NCBI GenBank assembly: GCA_016187225.1
Contig: JACPKC010000006.1
Coordinates: 89,051-153,050, forward strand
From: Candidatus Berkelbacteria bacterium
Lineage (GTDB): Bacteria > Patescibacteriota > UBA1384 > JACPKC01
Length of the DNA stretch: 64,000 nucleotides
Direction: 5' to 3'
Shown one piece after another: positions 48,483 to 59,833 of this stretch. The position numbers were made by a program, and so were the translations under genes. Each line of letters starts with the position of its first letter. Within the stretch, counting starts at the first letter, position 1. The notes under the pieces were generated by a model. The model worked only from the letters and a program-made list of their open reading frames with translations. It was not told the DNA's origin and ran no database searches.

Positions 48483-50611
48483 CCATCCCAACGGGCACCA
48501 AATGTGAAAAGTGCGGCATGCTCGCGACGCATGCTTTTTGCGATGCGCAAGGCATCACGCACTTTGTCTGCGAACACCACCAACCAATTGAACCAGCGGC
48601 AACACATCCGGGCAAACACACATCTCACGAACGTGAATCGCATAACAAGCACAGTGGCCATTCAGTTAATATGTTCCGCGATCGGTTCTGGATTACACTC
48701 ATTCTTACTATTCCCGTCATTCTCTACGCTGAATCTCTCCAAACTTTGCTCGGATTTTCTCTGCCAACTTTTCCTGGCAGTGACTGGCTCGCTCCAATCC
48801 TTGGCACATTTATTTTCTTCTATGGCGGCATCGTTTTTCTGCGTTCGGCCTGGGGAGAACTTAAGGCTAGACAACCAGGCATGATGACCTTGATCGCGAT
48901 TGCGATTACAGCGGCTTATACTTATTCAATCGCCACAACTTTCATTTTAGAAGGTTCGGAATTTTATTGGGAACTCTCAACCTTAATTTTAGTTATGCTC
49001 CTCGGACATTGGATTGAGATGCAATCAGTTTCAGCCGCTGGCAGTGCGCTTGATGAACTCGCCAAGCTCTTGCCAGACACCGCCGAAAGATTAGAAAATG
49101 GTGAGCCTAAAAAAGTCCTTCTCTCTGAATTGCGCGTTGGCGATCGCCTCTTAATTCGACCGGGCGCTAAAGTGCCGACCGATGGCCGGATCCTTGAAGG
49201 CGAATCAAATCTCAATGAATCGATGGTTACAGGTGAATCGAAGCCTGTTAAAAAGGGAGTGGGCAATGAAGTCATAGGCGGCACTCTAAACGGAAATGGT
49301 GTTCTCACGATTGAAGTGCTTAAAGTTGGCGAAGCAACAGCGCTGGCTGGCATCATGCGCCTCGTCGCCGAAGCACAACGCTCCAAATCGCGCACCCAGC
49401 TTCTCGCTGATCGCGCGGCCTTTTACCTAACTTTTATCGCGATTTTTGCAAGTATCGGCGCCTCGATTGGCTGGTTAGCGGCCGGCGCGGCCACGGCCTT
49501 TGTTCTTGAACGGGCAGTTTCAGTGCTTGTCATCGCTTGCCCGCACGCGCTTGGCTTAGCCGTCCCGCTTGTAGTTTCGATCTCTTCGCGGATTGCGACG
49601 CAAGGCGGACTTTTAATTCGAGATCGCAAGCAATTCGAGGCCGCCCGAAACGTAAATGTTGTTCTTTTCGATAAAACCGGCACGCTGACCACTGGTCAGT
49701 TTGGAGTCAGTGACATTTGGCCAGCGGCTAAAGTTCCTGCAACCGAACTCCTTGAACTTACCGCGGCTGTCGAAGCAACAAGTGAGCATCCAATCGCTCA
49801 AGCGATTTTGAAACGCGCAGGCTCTATCGGCAAAAAAGCTACGAACGTAGAGGCTCTAGCCGGCCGTGGCATTCGCGGTCAAGTTGGACAAGCTGAAATT
49901 ATTATCGGCGGGCCACAACTTATTAAAGAACGAGGGATTCAGCTCGAGGCCACTCTTCAGCAACAGATGAAAACCGACCAAGCGGCTGGAAAAACCGTAG
50001 TGGTGGCACTTAAAAACAATCAGCCACTGGGGCTACTTGCTCTCGCTGATCTGATTCGACCTGAATCAAAAAGCGTAGTCAGTTCATTGCACAAACTCGG
50101 CGTCAGGGTAGCAATGGTTACAGGCGACGCAAATGATGTTGCCCAAACGGTTGCTAAAGAGCTTGGAATTAAAGAAGTTTTTGCCGAAGTTTTGCCGGAA
50201 CATAAGGATCAAAAGGTGAGGGAACTGCAAAAAGATGGGAGCACCATTCTTATGGTCGGCGATGGCGTCAACGACGCGCCGGCGCTCGCGCGCGCCAATG
50301 TGGGCGTCGCGATCGGCGCTGGCACTGACGTCGCGATTGAATCGGCAGGTATAATTTTAATTAAAAGCGACCCGCGCGATATTGTGAAAATTATCGAATT
50401 GGCGCGCGCCACCTACCGCAAAATGATTGAGAATCTTATCTGGGCAACGGGCTATAATGTTATCGCAATCCCGCTCGCGGCCGGCGTTTTGGCGGGCCAA
50501 GGGATTATCCTGCCTTTGTGGTTGGGCGCTTTATTTATGAGCGCCAGCACAGTCATCGTAGCAATCAACGCCCAACTCCTCCGACGAGTCCGATTTTCTG
50601 ATAACAAATAG
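48464..50611 (+). CDS. Copper-exporting P1B-type ATPase (CPH, CopB-like)
   Basis: His-rich N-terminus, TGES, CPHALG, DKTGT, SEHP, GDGVND. Confidence 0.96.
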   Translation: MAHESITIPTGTKCEKCGMLATHAFCDAQGITHFVCEHHQPIEPAATHPGKHTSHERESHNKHSGHSVNMFRDRFWITLILTIPVILYAESLQTLLGFSLPTFPGSDWLAPILGTFIFFYGGIVFLRSAWGELKARQPGMMTLIAIAITAAYTYSIATTFILEGSEFYWELSTLILVMLLGHWIEMQSVSAAGSALDELAKLLPDTAERLENGEPKKVLLSELRVGDRLLIRPGAKVPTDGRILEGESNLNESMVTGESKPVKKGVGNEVIGGTLNGNGVLTIEVLKVGEATALAGIMRLVAEAQRSKSRTQLLADRAAFYLTFIAIFASIGASIGWLAAGAATAFVLERAVSVLVIACPHALGLAVPLVVSISSRIATQGGLLIRDRKQFEAARNVNVVLFDKTGTLTTGQFGVSDIWPAAKVPATELLELTAAVEATSEHPIAQAILKRAGSIGKKATNVEALAGRGIRGQVGQAEIIIGGPQLIKERGIQLEATLQQQMKTDQAAGKTVVVALKNNQPLGLLALADLIRPESKSVVSSLHKLGVRVAMVTGDANDVAQTVAKELGIKEVFAEVLPEHKDQKVRELQKDGSTILMVGDGVNDAPALARANVGVAIGAGTDVAIESAGIILIKSDPRDIVKIIELARATYRKMIENLIWATGYNVIAIPLAAGVLAGQGIILPLWLGALFMSASTVIVAINAQLLRRVRFSDNK

Positions 50612-50622
50612 AAGTTGTATGA

Positions 50623-50967
50623 ATGAAGGATAATATCTTAATTGGCCAAGAGGGTGAAAATGAAGCGGCCAAATACCTAGAAGAGCACGATTATAAAATT
50701 ATTACTCGAAACCTACGCCTCAAGAACGGCGAAATCGACATTCTCGCTCAAAAAGATGATGTTTTAATTCTGGTCGAAGTTAAAGCTGGCCGAACTGGTC
50801 GGTATGGTCTTGCCGCTGAAAGAATCAGCGCTAAAAAACGAGCCAAACTTCGGGCGCTCGCCAAGAACCTAGTTCGTCGCTACCCGAATAAACAAATCCG
50901 TCTTGATGCTCTAAATGTTGATGACCGCGGCCAAATCCTACATTTCGAGAACATTCTTGACTGTTAA
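50623..50967 (+). CDS. YraN-family endonuclease
   Basis: GQEGE...GEIDI...VEVK. Confidence 0.9.
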   Translation: MKDNILIGQEGENEAAKYLEEHDYKIITRNLRLKNGEIDILAQKDDVLILVEVKAGRTGRYGLAAERISAKKRAKLRALAKNLVRRYPNKQIRLDALNVDDRGQILHFENILDC

Positions 50968-51605
50968 TTCTCATCGTTAAAATTGAGATCAATTTTGACT
51001 TTACCAGGCGTGATACTGCCGCCGTCTTCAATATCTTTAAATTTGTTGCCGCCGACATCGATATCTAGATCGACATCGGTATTACTCCTCGAGCTGGAAG
51101 TGTTTTCATTCACTGGTGGGTCATCAGTTATGGAAACTTCTCTGTTTATATCGACATCAACCGTTGTCTCGTTGCGGGAATCTTCAAGAGTATTGCTGTT
51201 ATCGACATCAATCGAGATGCCGTGTTCATCGATATTTTCAAGCGGGATCGACTCGCCATTCACCTTAACATCAACCTGGGTTTCTGCCTGTTCGCCACCG
51301 GCTGAAACACTGATTTCCTTGCTTTCCGTTACAGAACTTTGGTTTTCCTGTGATTCAGAGATATCTGTGACCAAGACTTCTGCTTGAACTTCGGGCACTT
51401 TTTCTTCACGCGTTGGTTCTGGCAAAGATAATGTTAACTCTAAAATCGGCGCTGCTTGAGGCACGGAAATTCGAGTTGCGTACAAAAAATCATCAACTCG
51501 ACTTCTGGTCTCAAGATAATTATCGGCCCGGGCGAGTCCAATCCCAAATGAAGCAAGCGTTGCAATACTTGTCACTGCTAGGATGCGTAAAGTTGTTGAA
51601 CTCAT
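50964..51605 (-). CDS. Secreted acidic hypothetical protein
   Basis: Signal peptide; D/E/S/V-rich. Confidence 0.7.
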   Translation of the reverse strand: MSSTTLRILAVTSIATLASFGIGLARADNYLETRSRVDDFLYATRISVPQAAPILELTLSLPEPTREEKVPEVQAEVLVTDISESQENQSSVTESKEISVSAGGEQAETQVDVKVNGESIPLENIDEHGISIDVDNSNTLEDSRNETTVDVDINREVSITDDPPVNENTSSSRSNTDVDLDIDVGGNKFKDIEDGGSITPGKVKIDLNFNDEN

Positions 51606-51672
51606 CTATTCTCCCATCCTCTCTTACTTTCGACTTTACACGTCGCTTAAATAAATGCAAGGGCGCTACTAT

Positions 51673-52185
51673 TCACTTATGCTTCGCTTTGGCGGCGGAA
51701 ACTTTAGCTTCTGCCTCGGCTTCAGCTTGTTTTTCAGCTTCCACACGCGCCTTCGCTTCAGTCTCGTGTTGAGCTTTGATTTTTTCCTCCTCGGCCTCGG
51801 CTTCCTTCTCTTCCCAAGCAACGAATTCGGCTAACTCGCCCTTGGCGGATCGAGTAATTTGACGGGTGGTGAGATTGCGCACGTAATAAGGACGCGCCTG
51901 GCGGAACTTGATGTGTTTAATTTTTTCGACTTTGGTAATTGAAGGCAGGTGGAGCGGAAAGGTGCGTTCAATGCCGATTCCTCCAGAAATTCGCCGCACC
52001 GTGAAAGTGCCATCCATACCCCGGCCACCACGAACACGCAAAACTAAACCCTCAAAAACTTGGATGCGTTCTTTGTTGCCTTCGCGCACTTTTTGATGCA
52101 CTCGCACTACATCGCCAGCGCGCAAGGTTGGGGTATTCTTTTTTTGCGATCTTGCGCTAACCAGCGCAAGTAGCTTAGCATGCAT
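51673..52185 (-). CDS. rplS: 50S ribosomal protein L19
   Basis: [28 protein letters not shown]. Confidence 0.97.
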   Translation of the reverse strand: MHAKLLALVSARSQKKNTPTLRAGDVVRVHQKVREGNKERIQVFEGLVLRVRGGRGMDGTFTVRRISGGIGIERTFPLHLPSITKVEKIKHIKFRQARPYYVRNLTTRQITRSAKGELAEFVAWEEKEAEAEEEKIKAQHETEAKARVEAEKQAEAEAEAKVSAAKAKHK

Positions 52186-52474
52186 TATTTCCCCCCGATT
52201 TAGACTCTACATTTACTAATTGAACAGAATGCAAGGCGCCGGTAAAACGGTGTTGGCGTTTGCGTTCAAATTTTACTGTGCCGGCAACGAGCGACACCAA
52301 TGTGTCATCGCCAGCGCGCAAAACATTCTTACCAGGATGATATTTAGTGCCACGCTGACGGACAAGCACTTCGCCTGCATTCACTTGTTGACCGCCAAAA
52401 CGCTTGACACCGAGTCGTTTCGATTCTGAATCGCGACCAAGTCGAGTTGAGCCAGCCGCTTTCTTATGTGCCAT
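52175..52474 (-). CDS. rpmA: 50S ribosomal protein L27
   Basis: [21 protein letters not shown]. Confidence 0.98.
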   Translation of the reverse strand: MAHKKAAGSTRLGRDSESKRLGVKRFGGQQVNAGEVLVRQRGTKYHPGKNVLRAGDDTLVSLVAGTVKFERKRQHRFTGALHSVQLVNVESKSGGNNAC

Positions 52475-53606
52475 AGATTAACCTAACAATGTCCCGACCA
52501 ATAATTTGATTTGAGCGTTTCACCCGAAATGAATCGACCATATGGTAACCAAACCGAGAAAACTTGTCAATGAAGCGATCGAGAAGCGACAAAGTTTGAA
52601 AGGCGGGAAAAACGATGACCGCCCCGGCTTGAGACTTTAAAATTTTCTGACCAGCGCGTAGGAGATTTGTAAATAACGGTTCAAGTTTGGTTAAAATCCG
52701 ATTTTGTTCTTCAAGTGATGGCAACGAGCGCCGGGGAGCGCCTAAAAACGGTTCAGTAATGATTAAATCGACTGATTGCGATGAAAGCGCCTCCGACAGT
52801 TTTTCAACTCTTGCCTGAATCAGATATTCACCCGGTAGCGACAGGTGGTATTCTTTCGAGAGCCAACTTAAATTTGCGCGAGTGTCTTGGAGCGCCTGTG
52901 GGTCGCTATCCGCGCCTAAAATCTGGGCGCCGACGAGTCGCGCTTCAATTAAGATTCGTCCGGCGCCGACACAGGGATCAAGGACGAATGGCTGGGCTTG
53001 GTTCGACACTAGACCGCGGCCAAGATTAACCATAATACGGGCAAGCTTTGGGGGTAACATCCCACGCTTTACATCGATGCGCGGTAAAGCGCGATCGCGC
53101 TTCGTGAAAGCATCAATATCTTGATTGGCTTGGATTAAAATAATCACCGCGCTTTGAGCTTCACCCAGAATTAACACTTCTTCAGTACAACTTTTTGCCT
53201 GCGCCGCCGAAATGAGTGCGCCGCGAGCAGGCAGTTTAAAGGCATGAATGAGTTTTAGTTTCTTCAAGCCAAGACCGATTTTTTGAGGCGATAACTTAGA
53301 GTGCAATATTGAGACGCCAAGAGTTCGACCCGGCTTCTTGAGCACTTTAGCCAAAGCCACAAGAACGGAAGCGAGATTCGACGAAGTAATTGCCTCAACT
53401 TGCCCAAGTTTAACGGCGCCTCCTAATGCATCAAACCATTCAGTATCCAGAACGCGAGGCGTTTTGACGCGAATGATGTCGCTTGTTAGCGTGAGATTAG
53501 AAATCGGCAATCGACTCACACGCAACATCGCTCGAATTTCTTCGAGCGAAAGCCGTGGTACTCGACCCGGCAAAATAATATAATCGTTGATTGTATCTTT
53601 GATCAT
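52464..53606 (-). CDS. Trm11/TrmG10-like RNA methyltransferase
   Basis: [28 protein letters not shown]. Confidence 0.82.
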   Translation of the reverse strand: MIKDTINDYIILPGRVPRLSLEEIRAMLRVSRLPISNLTLTSDIIRVKTPRVLDTEWFDALGGAVKLGQVEAITSSNLASVLVALAKVLKKPGRTLGVSILHSKLSPQKIGLGLKKLKLIHAFKLPARGALISAAQAKSCTEEVLILGEAQSAVIILIQANQDIDAFTKRDRALPRIDVKRGMLPPKLARIMVNLGRGLVSNQAQPFVLDPCVGAGRILIEARLVGAQILGADSDPQALQDTRANLSWLSKEYHLSLPGEYLIQARVEKLSEALSSQSVDLIITEPFLGAPRRSLPSLEEQNRILTKLEPLFTNLLRAGQKILKSQAGAVIVFPAFQTLSLLDRFIDKFSRFGYHMVDSFRVKRSNQIIGRDIVRLIYGT

Positions 53607-53618
53607 TTTGATAAAAAT

Positions 53619-56600
53619 ATGAGCTTCGTCCACCTGCATACTCACAGCCACTACTCACTCCTCGACGGCCTTTCAAAAATTGATGGCCTGATTGAACGTG
53701 CTCAAAATCTTGGCATGCCGGCGCTCGCGCTAACCGATCATGGCGTAATGTATGGAGCGATCGAATTTTACCAGAAGGCAACCCAGGCGGGAATCAAACC
53801 GATCATCGGCGTTGAGGCCTACATGGCGCGGCGCACGCTCCACGATCGCGAGGCGCGACTCGACAGCCGACCCCACCATCTAACCTTACTGGCGCGCAAT
53901 GAAACCGGCTATAAAAATTTGATCAAAATGATCTCAATCGCCCATTTAGAGGGTTTTTACTATCGGCCGCGGATCGATAAAGATCTACTCGCCCACTCGG
54001 CTGAAGGTATTATTGTACTGACAGGATGTCTTAACAGCGAGTTGTCGCGTTTAATCATCGACAATCAGCTCGAAGCCGCTCGAGAACTCCTTGAATACTA
54101 CATGACATCGATTGGCCGCGAGCATGTTTATCTTGAAATCCAGCATCACCCTGCCCTGCAAGATCAGATTAAAGTTAATCTCGTCTTGGCGGAAATGAGC
54201 CGCAAATTAAAACTGCCGCTTGTCGCTACGGGTGACAGTCATTACTTAAACCACGACGACCAAGAGGCGCATGAAATTTTACTGGCGGTTTCAACAGGCG
54301 GCAAAGACGCCGACGATGCTGATCGCATGTCGCTCAAAGATGTCGACCTTTCGCTTGCCAGCCTTGACGAGGTGAAAACCAAATTTTCAGGTTTCGAAGG
54401 AGCGGTTGAAAATACGCTTAAAGTTGCCGAATCAGTTAATCTCCAGTTTGAGCTTGGGCAGAATATCTTGCCGAAGTTTCCCCTGCCTAAAGAGCAAATC
54501 GAAGCACAAACCTACTTCAAAGAACTGGCTTGGAAAGGGCTTGAACGCCTCTATGGTCAAAAAAATCAAACCGCCGCCGATCGACTCGAATATGAAGTTG
54601 GCGTGATCGGACGAATGGGTTTTGCCGACTACTTCTTGATTGTTCAAGATTTTGTTAATTGGTCGAAGCAGAACGGCATCGTTGTCGGCCCGGGGCGAGG
54701 TTCAGTTGCCGGCTCGATCGCCGCTTACTGTCTGGGCATTACCAGCCTCGATCCGCTTAAATATGACTTACTCTTTGAACGTTTCTTAAACCCCGATCGT
54801 GTCTCAATGCCGGACATCGATATCGACTTCGCCGACGATCGACGCGACGAAGTGCTTACTTATGTGCAAAATAAATATGGCCAAGATCGAGTGGCGCAAA
54901 TTATTACCTTTGGCACGATGGCGGCGCGCGGTTCAGTGCGCGATGTCGCGCGATCGCTTGGTCTTACATTCGCCGACGGCGATCGAATCGCCAAGTTAAT
55001 CCCAAGTAAGCCAGGTACAACTCTTAAAGGCGCTCTGGCCGATGTTAAAGAACTTAAAGCAATCTACGACGCCGAGCCGCCAATGAAACACCTCCTAGAT
55101 ATGGCGATGAAACTCGAAGGCGTTGCGCGCCACGCCTCCACACATGCCTGCGGCGTCGTAATTGCGGACAAACCCCTGACTGAATATCTCCCGCTTGCCA
55201 CCAATCAGAAGGGGCCCATGCAGGCTCTAACTCAATTTGGCATGAAAGACTGTGAGGCAATTGGTCTCTTAAAAATGGACTTTCTCGGACTTTCGAACTT
55301 AACCGTCATTAAAAACGCTCTGCGCATTCTTCGCAAACGCCGCGGAATTGAAGTCGAGATCGATAATTTGCCGCTCGACGATAAGCCAACTTACGAACTC
55401 CTATCGCGCGGTGAAACAACCGGTGTGTTTCAGCTGGAATCAGAGGGCATTAAGCGCTATCTCAAGGAGCTTAAACCAAGTGAGTTTGAGGATATTATTG
55501 CGATGTGCGCTCTCTATCGCCCCGGTCCGATGGATTTCATTCCGGATTTTATCGCCTGTAAGCATGGTCGCAAAGCGATAAATTATCTTCATCCAAGTAT
55601 GGAAACTGTTCTCAAACCCACTTACGGCATTATGATTTATCAAGAGCAGATGATGAATCTTTCGCGCCTCCTAGCCGGCTTCACTCAAGGCGAGGCCGAC
55701 ACGCTCCGCAAAGGCGTTGGTAAAAAAATTAAGGCCTTGCTCGATAAAATTGAATCCAAGTTTATCGAGGGTTGCATTAAAGTTGGTTATCTAACACGCG
55801 CTCAAGCCGAACAGCTCTGGCAAGAATGGCTAGCTTGGGCCCGCTACGGTTTTAATAAAAGTCATGCCGCTTGTTATGCTTTAATCGCTTATCAAACTGC
55901 TTATCTCAAAGCTCACTACCCCGCCGAGTTTATGGCGGCGCTGATGACTTCGGACATTCATAACCTCGATCGCATCTCAATTGAAATCACCGAGGCTGAA
56001 AAAATGGGCTTGAAAGTTTTACCGCCATCTGTGAATGAATCTTTTGTGGAGTTCGGTGTTGTGAGCGAAGGAAAGCGAGAAGTGATTCGCTTCGGATTAG
56101 CTGGCATAAAAAATATTGGCGATGCCGTTGCCGAACAAATTGTCAACGAACGTAAGAAGAGTAATCGCTATGCGAGTCTAGAAGACTTTGCAAGTCGTTT
56201 GGGCGCAAATTCAATCAACCGTAAGACCTTGGAAACGCTTGCGATGTGCGGCGCACTTGATGAGTTGGGAGAACGCCAACAAATTCTCGACAACGTCGAC
56301 ATGATTCTCAAATTTGTTAACACACTTGAAAAACAGCGTTCAAGTACTCAAGTGAGTTTGTTTGGAGAATTAAAAGATAATTCGGCGCCGCTCGCCCATT
56401 TACAATTTGTAGCCGGCACACCAGCGCCCAAACAGCAACGACTCGCCTGGGAAAGAGAACTTCTCTCGGTTTATGTAAGCGAACACCCACTAGATGAATT
56501 CAAGGAAAAATTGGCCAAAGTAGAGACTCAAATCAGCGATCTTGCAAGTAAAAAAGTTGAGGAAAAAATAACGATCGGCGGAATTTTAACGACCGTTAAA

Positions 56601-57104
56601 CAAATAACGACGAGGGCAGGCGATGCAATGGCGTTCGCCACGCTAGAAGACTACACCGGAAACGTTGAATTAGTCGTCTTTCCGCGAACCTATAAGGAAA
56701 ACCTAACTATCTGGCGGGTAGATCGTCTGCTTTTAGTGCGAGGCAAGATCAATGAGAAAGATGGCCAAAAGAAAATTTTAGTTGAGAGCGCAACCGATCT
56801 GTCAGAAGCGATCATTCGAACTAGACAGAAAAAAACTTTGCCGACGAGTGTTGCGCCAACGCAAGCAATGAGCGGTGCGGCACGCGAACTTCATCTTATA
56901 CTTGATACGAACGTAGACAAAATGTCGCTTGCAACGCTCAAAGAGACGCTCTCTCAAACTCCGGGCCAAACGCCGGTTTATTGCACATTAAGTGGCAAAC
57001 ATGCTCGTCGATTAGATACCCATCTCCAGGTCGCGGTTTCAGATGAACTTTTATCAGTGTTGCAAAAACAACTTGGTCAAGAGAGAATTCTAGTCATTCA
57101 ATAA
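53619..57104 (+). CDS. dnaE: DNA polymerase III alpha subunit
   Basis: HLHTHSHYSLLDG, GRGS, PDIDIDF, KMDFLGL, FNKSH. Confidence 0.99.
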   Translation: MSFVHLHTHSHYSLLDGLSKIDGLIERAQNLGMPALALTDHGVMYGAIEFYQKATQAGIKPIIGVEAYMARRTLHDREARLDSRPHHLTLLARNETGYKNLIKMISIAHLEGFYYRPRIDKDLLAHSAEGIIVLTGCLNSELSRLIIDNQLEAARELLEYYMTSIGREHVYLEIQHHPALQDQIKVNLVLAEMSRKLKLPLVATGDSHYLNHDDQEAHEILLAVSTGGKDADDADRMSLKDVDLSLASLDEVKTKFSGFEGAVENTLKVAESVNLQFELGQNILPKFPLPKEQIEAQTYFKELAWKGLERLYGQKNQTAADRLEYEVGVIGRMGFADYFLIVQDFVNWSKQNGIVVGPGRGSVAGSIAAYCLGITSLDPLKYDLLFERFLNPDRVSMPDIDIDFADDRRDEVLTYVQNKYGQDRVAQIITFGTMAARGSVRDVARSLGLTFADGDRIAKLIPSKPGTTLKGALADVKELKAIYDAEPPMKHLLDMAMKLEGVARHASTHACGVVIADKPLTEYLPLATNQKGPMQALTQFGMKDCEAIGLLKMDFLGLSNLTVIKNALRILRKRRGIEVEIDNLPLDDKPTYELLSRGETTGVFQLESEGIKRYLKELKPSEFEDIIAMCALYRPGPMDFIPDFIACKHGRKAINYLHPSMETVLKPTYGIMIYQEQMMNLSRLLAGFTQGEADTLRKGVGKKIKALLDKIESKFIEGCIKVGYLTRAQAEQLWQEWLAWARYGFNKSHAACYALIAYQTAYLKAHYPAEFMAALMTSDIHNLDRISIEITEAEKMGLKVLPPSVNESFVEFGVVSEGKREVIRFGLAGIKNIGDAVAEQIVNERKKSNRYASLEDFASRLGANSINRKTLETLAMCGALDELGERQQILDNVDMILKFVNTLEKQRSSTQVSLFGELKDNSAPLAHLQFVAGTPAPKQQRLAWERELLSVYVSEHPLDEFKEKLAKVETQISDLASKKVEEKITIGGILTTVKQITTRAGDAMAFATLEDYTGNVELVVFPRTYKENLTIWRVDRLLLVRGKINEKDGQKKILVESATDLSEAIIRTRQKKTLPTSVAPTQAMSGAARELHLILDTNVDKMSLATLKETLSQTPGQTPVYCTLSGKHARRLDTHLQVAVSDELLSVLQKQLGQERILVIQ

Positions 57105-57127
57105 TATATTTGAATTCAAGGAGGAAT

Positions 57128-58381
57128 ATGGCGGGTGAAAATCCATTTGAAAGTATGCGCGAGTTGGTGCGCGAAGCGGCTCAAACTCTTAAACTTGAAA
57201 CTGGAATCCTCGAACACCTGCTCGTTCCGGAGCGTGTGATTCATGTTAGCCTCCCGCTCCGCCGCGACACCGGCGAGGTAAATATCTACCAAGGTTACCG
57301 CGTCCAGTATTCTAACGTTCGTGGACCCTATAAAGGGGGACTGCGTTTTCATCCCGACGTCAACGAGAACGAGATCAAGGCGCTCGCCGGCTGGATGACT
57401 TGGAAATGCGCGGTTGCCGATATTCCTTACGGCGGTAGTAAGGGTGGCATCGTGGTTGATCCGAAAACATTATCAGCCGCTGAAAAAGAGCGTTTGAGTC
57501 GAACGTTTGTGCGCGCCCTAGCCTCCGTCATCGGCCCGCGACGGGATATTCCGGCGCCAGATGTGAACACCAACAGTCAAATCATGGCTTGGATGGTCGA
57601 CGAGTATAGCCAACTCCAAGGAGAGTTTACGCCTGGCGTCATTACTGGCAAGCCCCTCGAATTAGGCGGCTCGCTTGGGCGCGACATAGCCACAGCCCAA
57701 GGCGGAGTCGAGGTTTTACTGGCGTACTTAAAAACACTCAAACGATCAGCGCAGAGTTTGCGAGTTGTCATCCAAGGCTTTGGCAATGCTGGCGAACACG
57801 CCGCTCAAATTCTAACTTTAAAAGGAATGAAAATTATCGCCGTTTCTGATTCAAAAGGCGGCATCTATGCAACCGAGGGTTTCAATCTTGAAACCCTAGC
57901 AACAATTAAAAAAGCAAAACAAACGCATGGAAGTGTGAGCGCATTTGAGAAAAGTCGCAAAATCAGCAACACCGACTTACTGGAACTTGAGACCGACATT
58001 TTGATTCCGGCGGCGCTTGAAAATCAAATCACCAGAGAAAATGCGGCGCGGATTAAAACTTCGATCATTTTAGAACTCGCCAACGGACCGACAACGCCCG
58101 AAGCCGATGCGATTCTTGCTCGGAAAAATGTTACGGTGATTCCGGATATTCTCGCAAATTCTGGCGGCGTGACGGTGAGCTATTTTGAGTGGGTTCAGAA
58201 TTTAACAGGCGATTCTTGGACGCGCGAGCTGGTATTCGAGCGCTTAACGCAAAAAATGGAGCAAGCGCTCGCAACCCTGCTCGTAACCGCCAAACGTCAT
58301 CAAACTTCTCTGCGCAAAGCCGCTTACCTGGTTGCTATTGAGCGCGTTGCCCGCGCGCTCAAAATGCGAGGCGGGTTATAA
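57128..58381 (+). CDS. gdhA: Glutamate dehydrogenase
   Basis: GPYKGGLRF, GGSKGG, DIPAPDV, GFGNAG, ANGP. Confidence 0.95.
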   Translation: MAGENPFESMRELVREAAQTLKLETGILEHLLVPERVIHVSLPLRRDTGEVNIYQGYRVQYSNVRGPYKGGLRFHPDVNENEIKALAGWMTWKCAVADIPYGGSKGGIVVDPKTLSAAEKERLSRTFVRALASVIGPRRDIPAPDVNTNSQIMAWMVDEYSQLQGEFTPGVITGKPLELGGSLGRDIATAQGGVEVLLAYLKTLKRSAQSLRVVIQGFGNAGEHAAQILTLKGMKIIAVSDSKGGIYATEGFNLETLATIKKAKQTHGSVSAFEKSRKISNTDLLELETDILIPAALENQITRENAARIKTSIILELANGPTTPEADAILARKNVTVIPDILANSGGVTVSYFEWVQNLTGDSWTRELVFERLTQKMEQALATLLVTAKRHQTSLRKAAYLVAIERVARALKMRGGL

Positions 58382-58399
58382 CGTGATACCATGTGAGCG

Positions 58400-59833
58400 A
58401 TGAAAAAACATGCCAGTCAGGTTCGAGTTAGATTTGCCCCCTCGCCGACGGGTGAATTGCATCTTGGAAGCGCGCGCACCGCGCTCTACAATTTTTTGTT
58501 TGCCAAAAAAAATCAAGGCGTTTTTATTATTCGCATCGAAGATACCGATCAAAAACGCTATGTGCCAGGCAGTATGGAGCGATTCTTCAAGGACTTAGCC
58601 TGGCTTGGCTTAAAACCCGATGAGGGACCATATATCCAATCGGAACGCCGCGACCGACACTTGGAGGTTGCGCAGGAACTAATTGAACGCGGCGCGGCTT
58701 ATTACGATTTTTCAGAGGGATTAGGCGCCGGCGAAAAACATGCCGACCTTGAATATCGCCAAGGTCGCGGCGTCTACCGCGGCCAAGATCGCGATTTGCC
58801 ACTTCAAGAGGCTAAGGAAAAAGCCCAAAACGCGCTCTTTGCAATCCGTCTTAAGATACCTCAATCAGGCGCCTGCATGCTCAAGGACCAAGTTCGAGGC
58901 AAGATAACTTTTGATTACTCTACGGTTGATGATACCGTTTTACTTAAACGCGACGGTCTGGCAACCTATCATTTGGCCGCAATGACAGATGACCATGATC
59001 TCAAGATCACCCATGTTTTTCGCTCGGAAGAATGGCTCTCAAGCACGCCCAAGCATCTCTTTATTTATGAAGCGATGGGTTGGTCTTTGCCTGAATTCGC
59101 GCATCTCCCCTTAATCTTGGCGCCCGATGGCAAGAAACTTAGCAAGCGTCTGCATGGCGCTTCAGTTTGGGTTGCGACTTATCGCGAACGTGGTTATCTG
59201 CCGGAAGCGCTGATTAACTATCTTGCCTTGCTCGGCTGGAATCCGGGCGGCAACCAAGAAATTTTTACCCTGGAAGAATTGATCAATTCTTTTTCCCTTG
59301 AGCGTATCCACCTCGCCGGCGCTAAATTTGACCAAGAAAAGCTTGATGCCTTTCAAACCCATTATGTTCGGACCTATCCGATTGAAAAACTCGCCGACCA
59401 GCTCAAAACTTTTTTGCCTCAAACAATCGATTCAGCCTTCCTTAGCAGACTCATTACAATTTCCCAAAATCGCATGGGGCCACTGGCTGACTTTCCCAGT
59501 TTCATTGCCTCGTTTCTGACACTGTCCGAATATCCACCCGAACTCTTGGTTTTTCGAAAATCAACTCGCGAAAATACACGCACTGGCTTGCAAGCCGCGT
59601 CTGACGCACTCGAAAAAACCGCACCCGCAACCTGGCAAGCTGAACCCAAGTTAGCCTCGCTTCTTGACCAAGTCGTCTCGCAAACCCAACTCGCGAACGG
59701 CGACGTTTTCTGGCCAGTCCGCGTAGCGCTCACCGGCGCTGAACGTTCACCGGCGCCAGCGGAATGCCTCTGGGCACTTGGCCGCGCAAAAAGTTTGAAT
59801 CGGCTTCGAAACGCTCTTAAAAAAATATGTTAA
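58400..59833 (+). CDS. gltX: Glutamyl-tRNA synthetase
   Basis: RFAPSPTG, HLGS, RIEDTD, KLSKR. Confidence 0.97.
   Translation: MKKHASQVRVRFAPSPTGELHLGSARTALYNFLFAKKNQGVFIIRIEDTDQKRYVPGSMERFFKDLAWLGLKPDEGPYIQSERRDRHLEVAQELIERGAAYYDFSEGLGAGEKHADLEYRQGRGVYRGQDRDLPLQEAKEKAQNALFAIRLKIPQSGACMLKDQVRGKITFDYSTVDDTVLLKRDGLATYHLAAMTDDHDLKITHVFRSEEWLSSTPKHLFIYEAMGWSLPEFAHLPLILAPDGKKLSKRLHGASVWVATYRERGYLPEALINYLALLGWNPGGNQEIFTLEELINSFSLERIHLAGAKFDQEKLDAFQTHYVRTYPIEKLADQLKTFLPQTIDSAFLSRLITISQNRMGPLADFPSFIASFLTLSEYPPELLVFRKSTRENTRTGLQAASDALEKTAPATWQAEPKLASLLDQVVSQTQLANGDVFWPVRVALTGAERSPAPAECLWALGRAKSLNRLRNALKKIC

Noticed and set aside
46723-50611. Copper operon as a novel system
   Set aside because: CsoR, operator and P1B-ATPase form a well-known arrangement.
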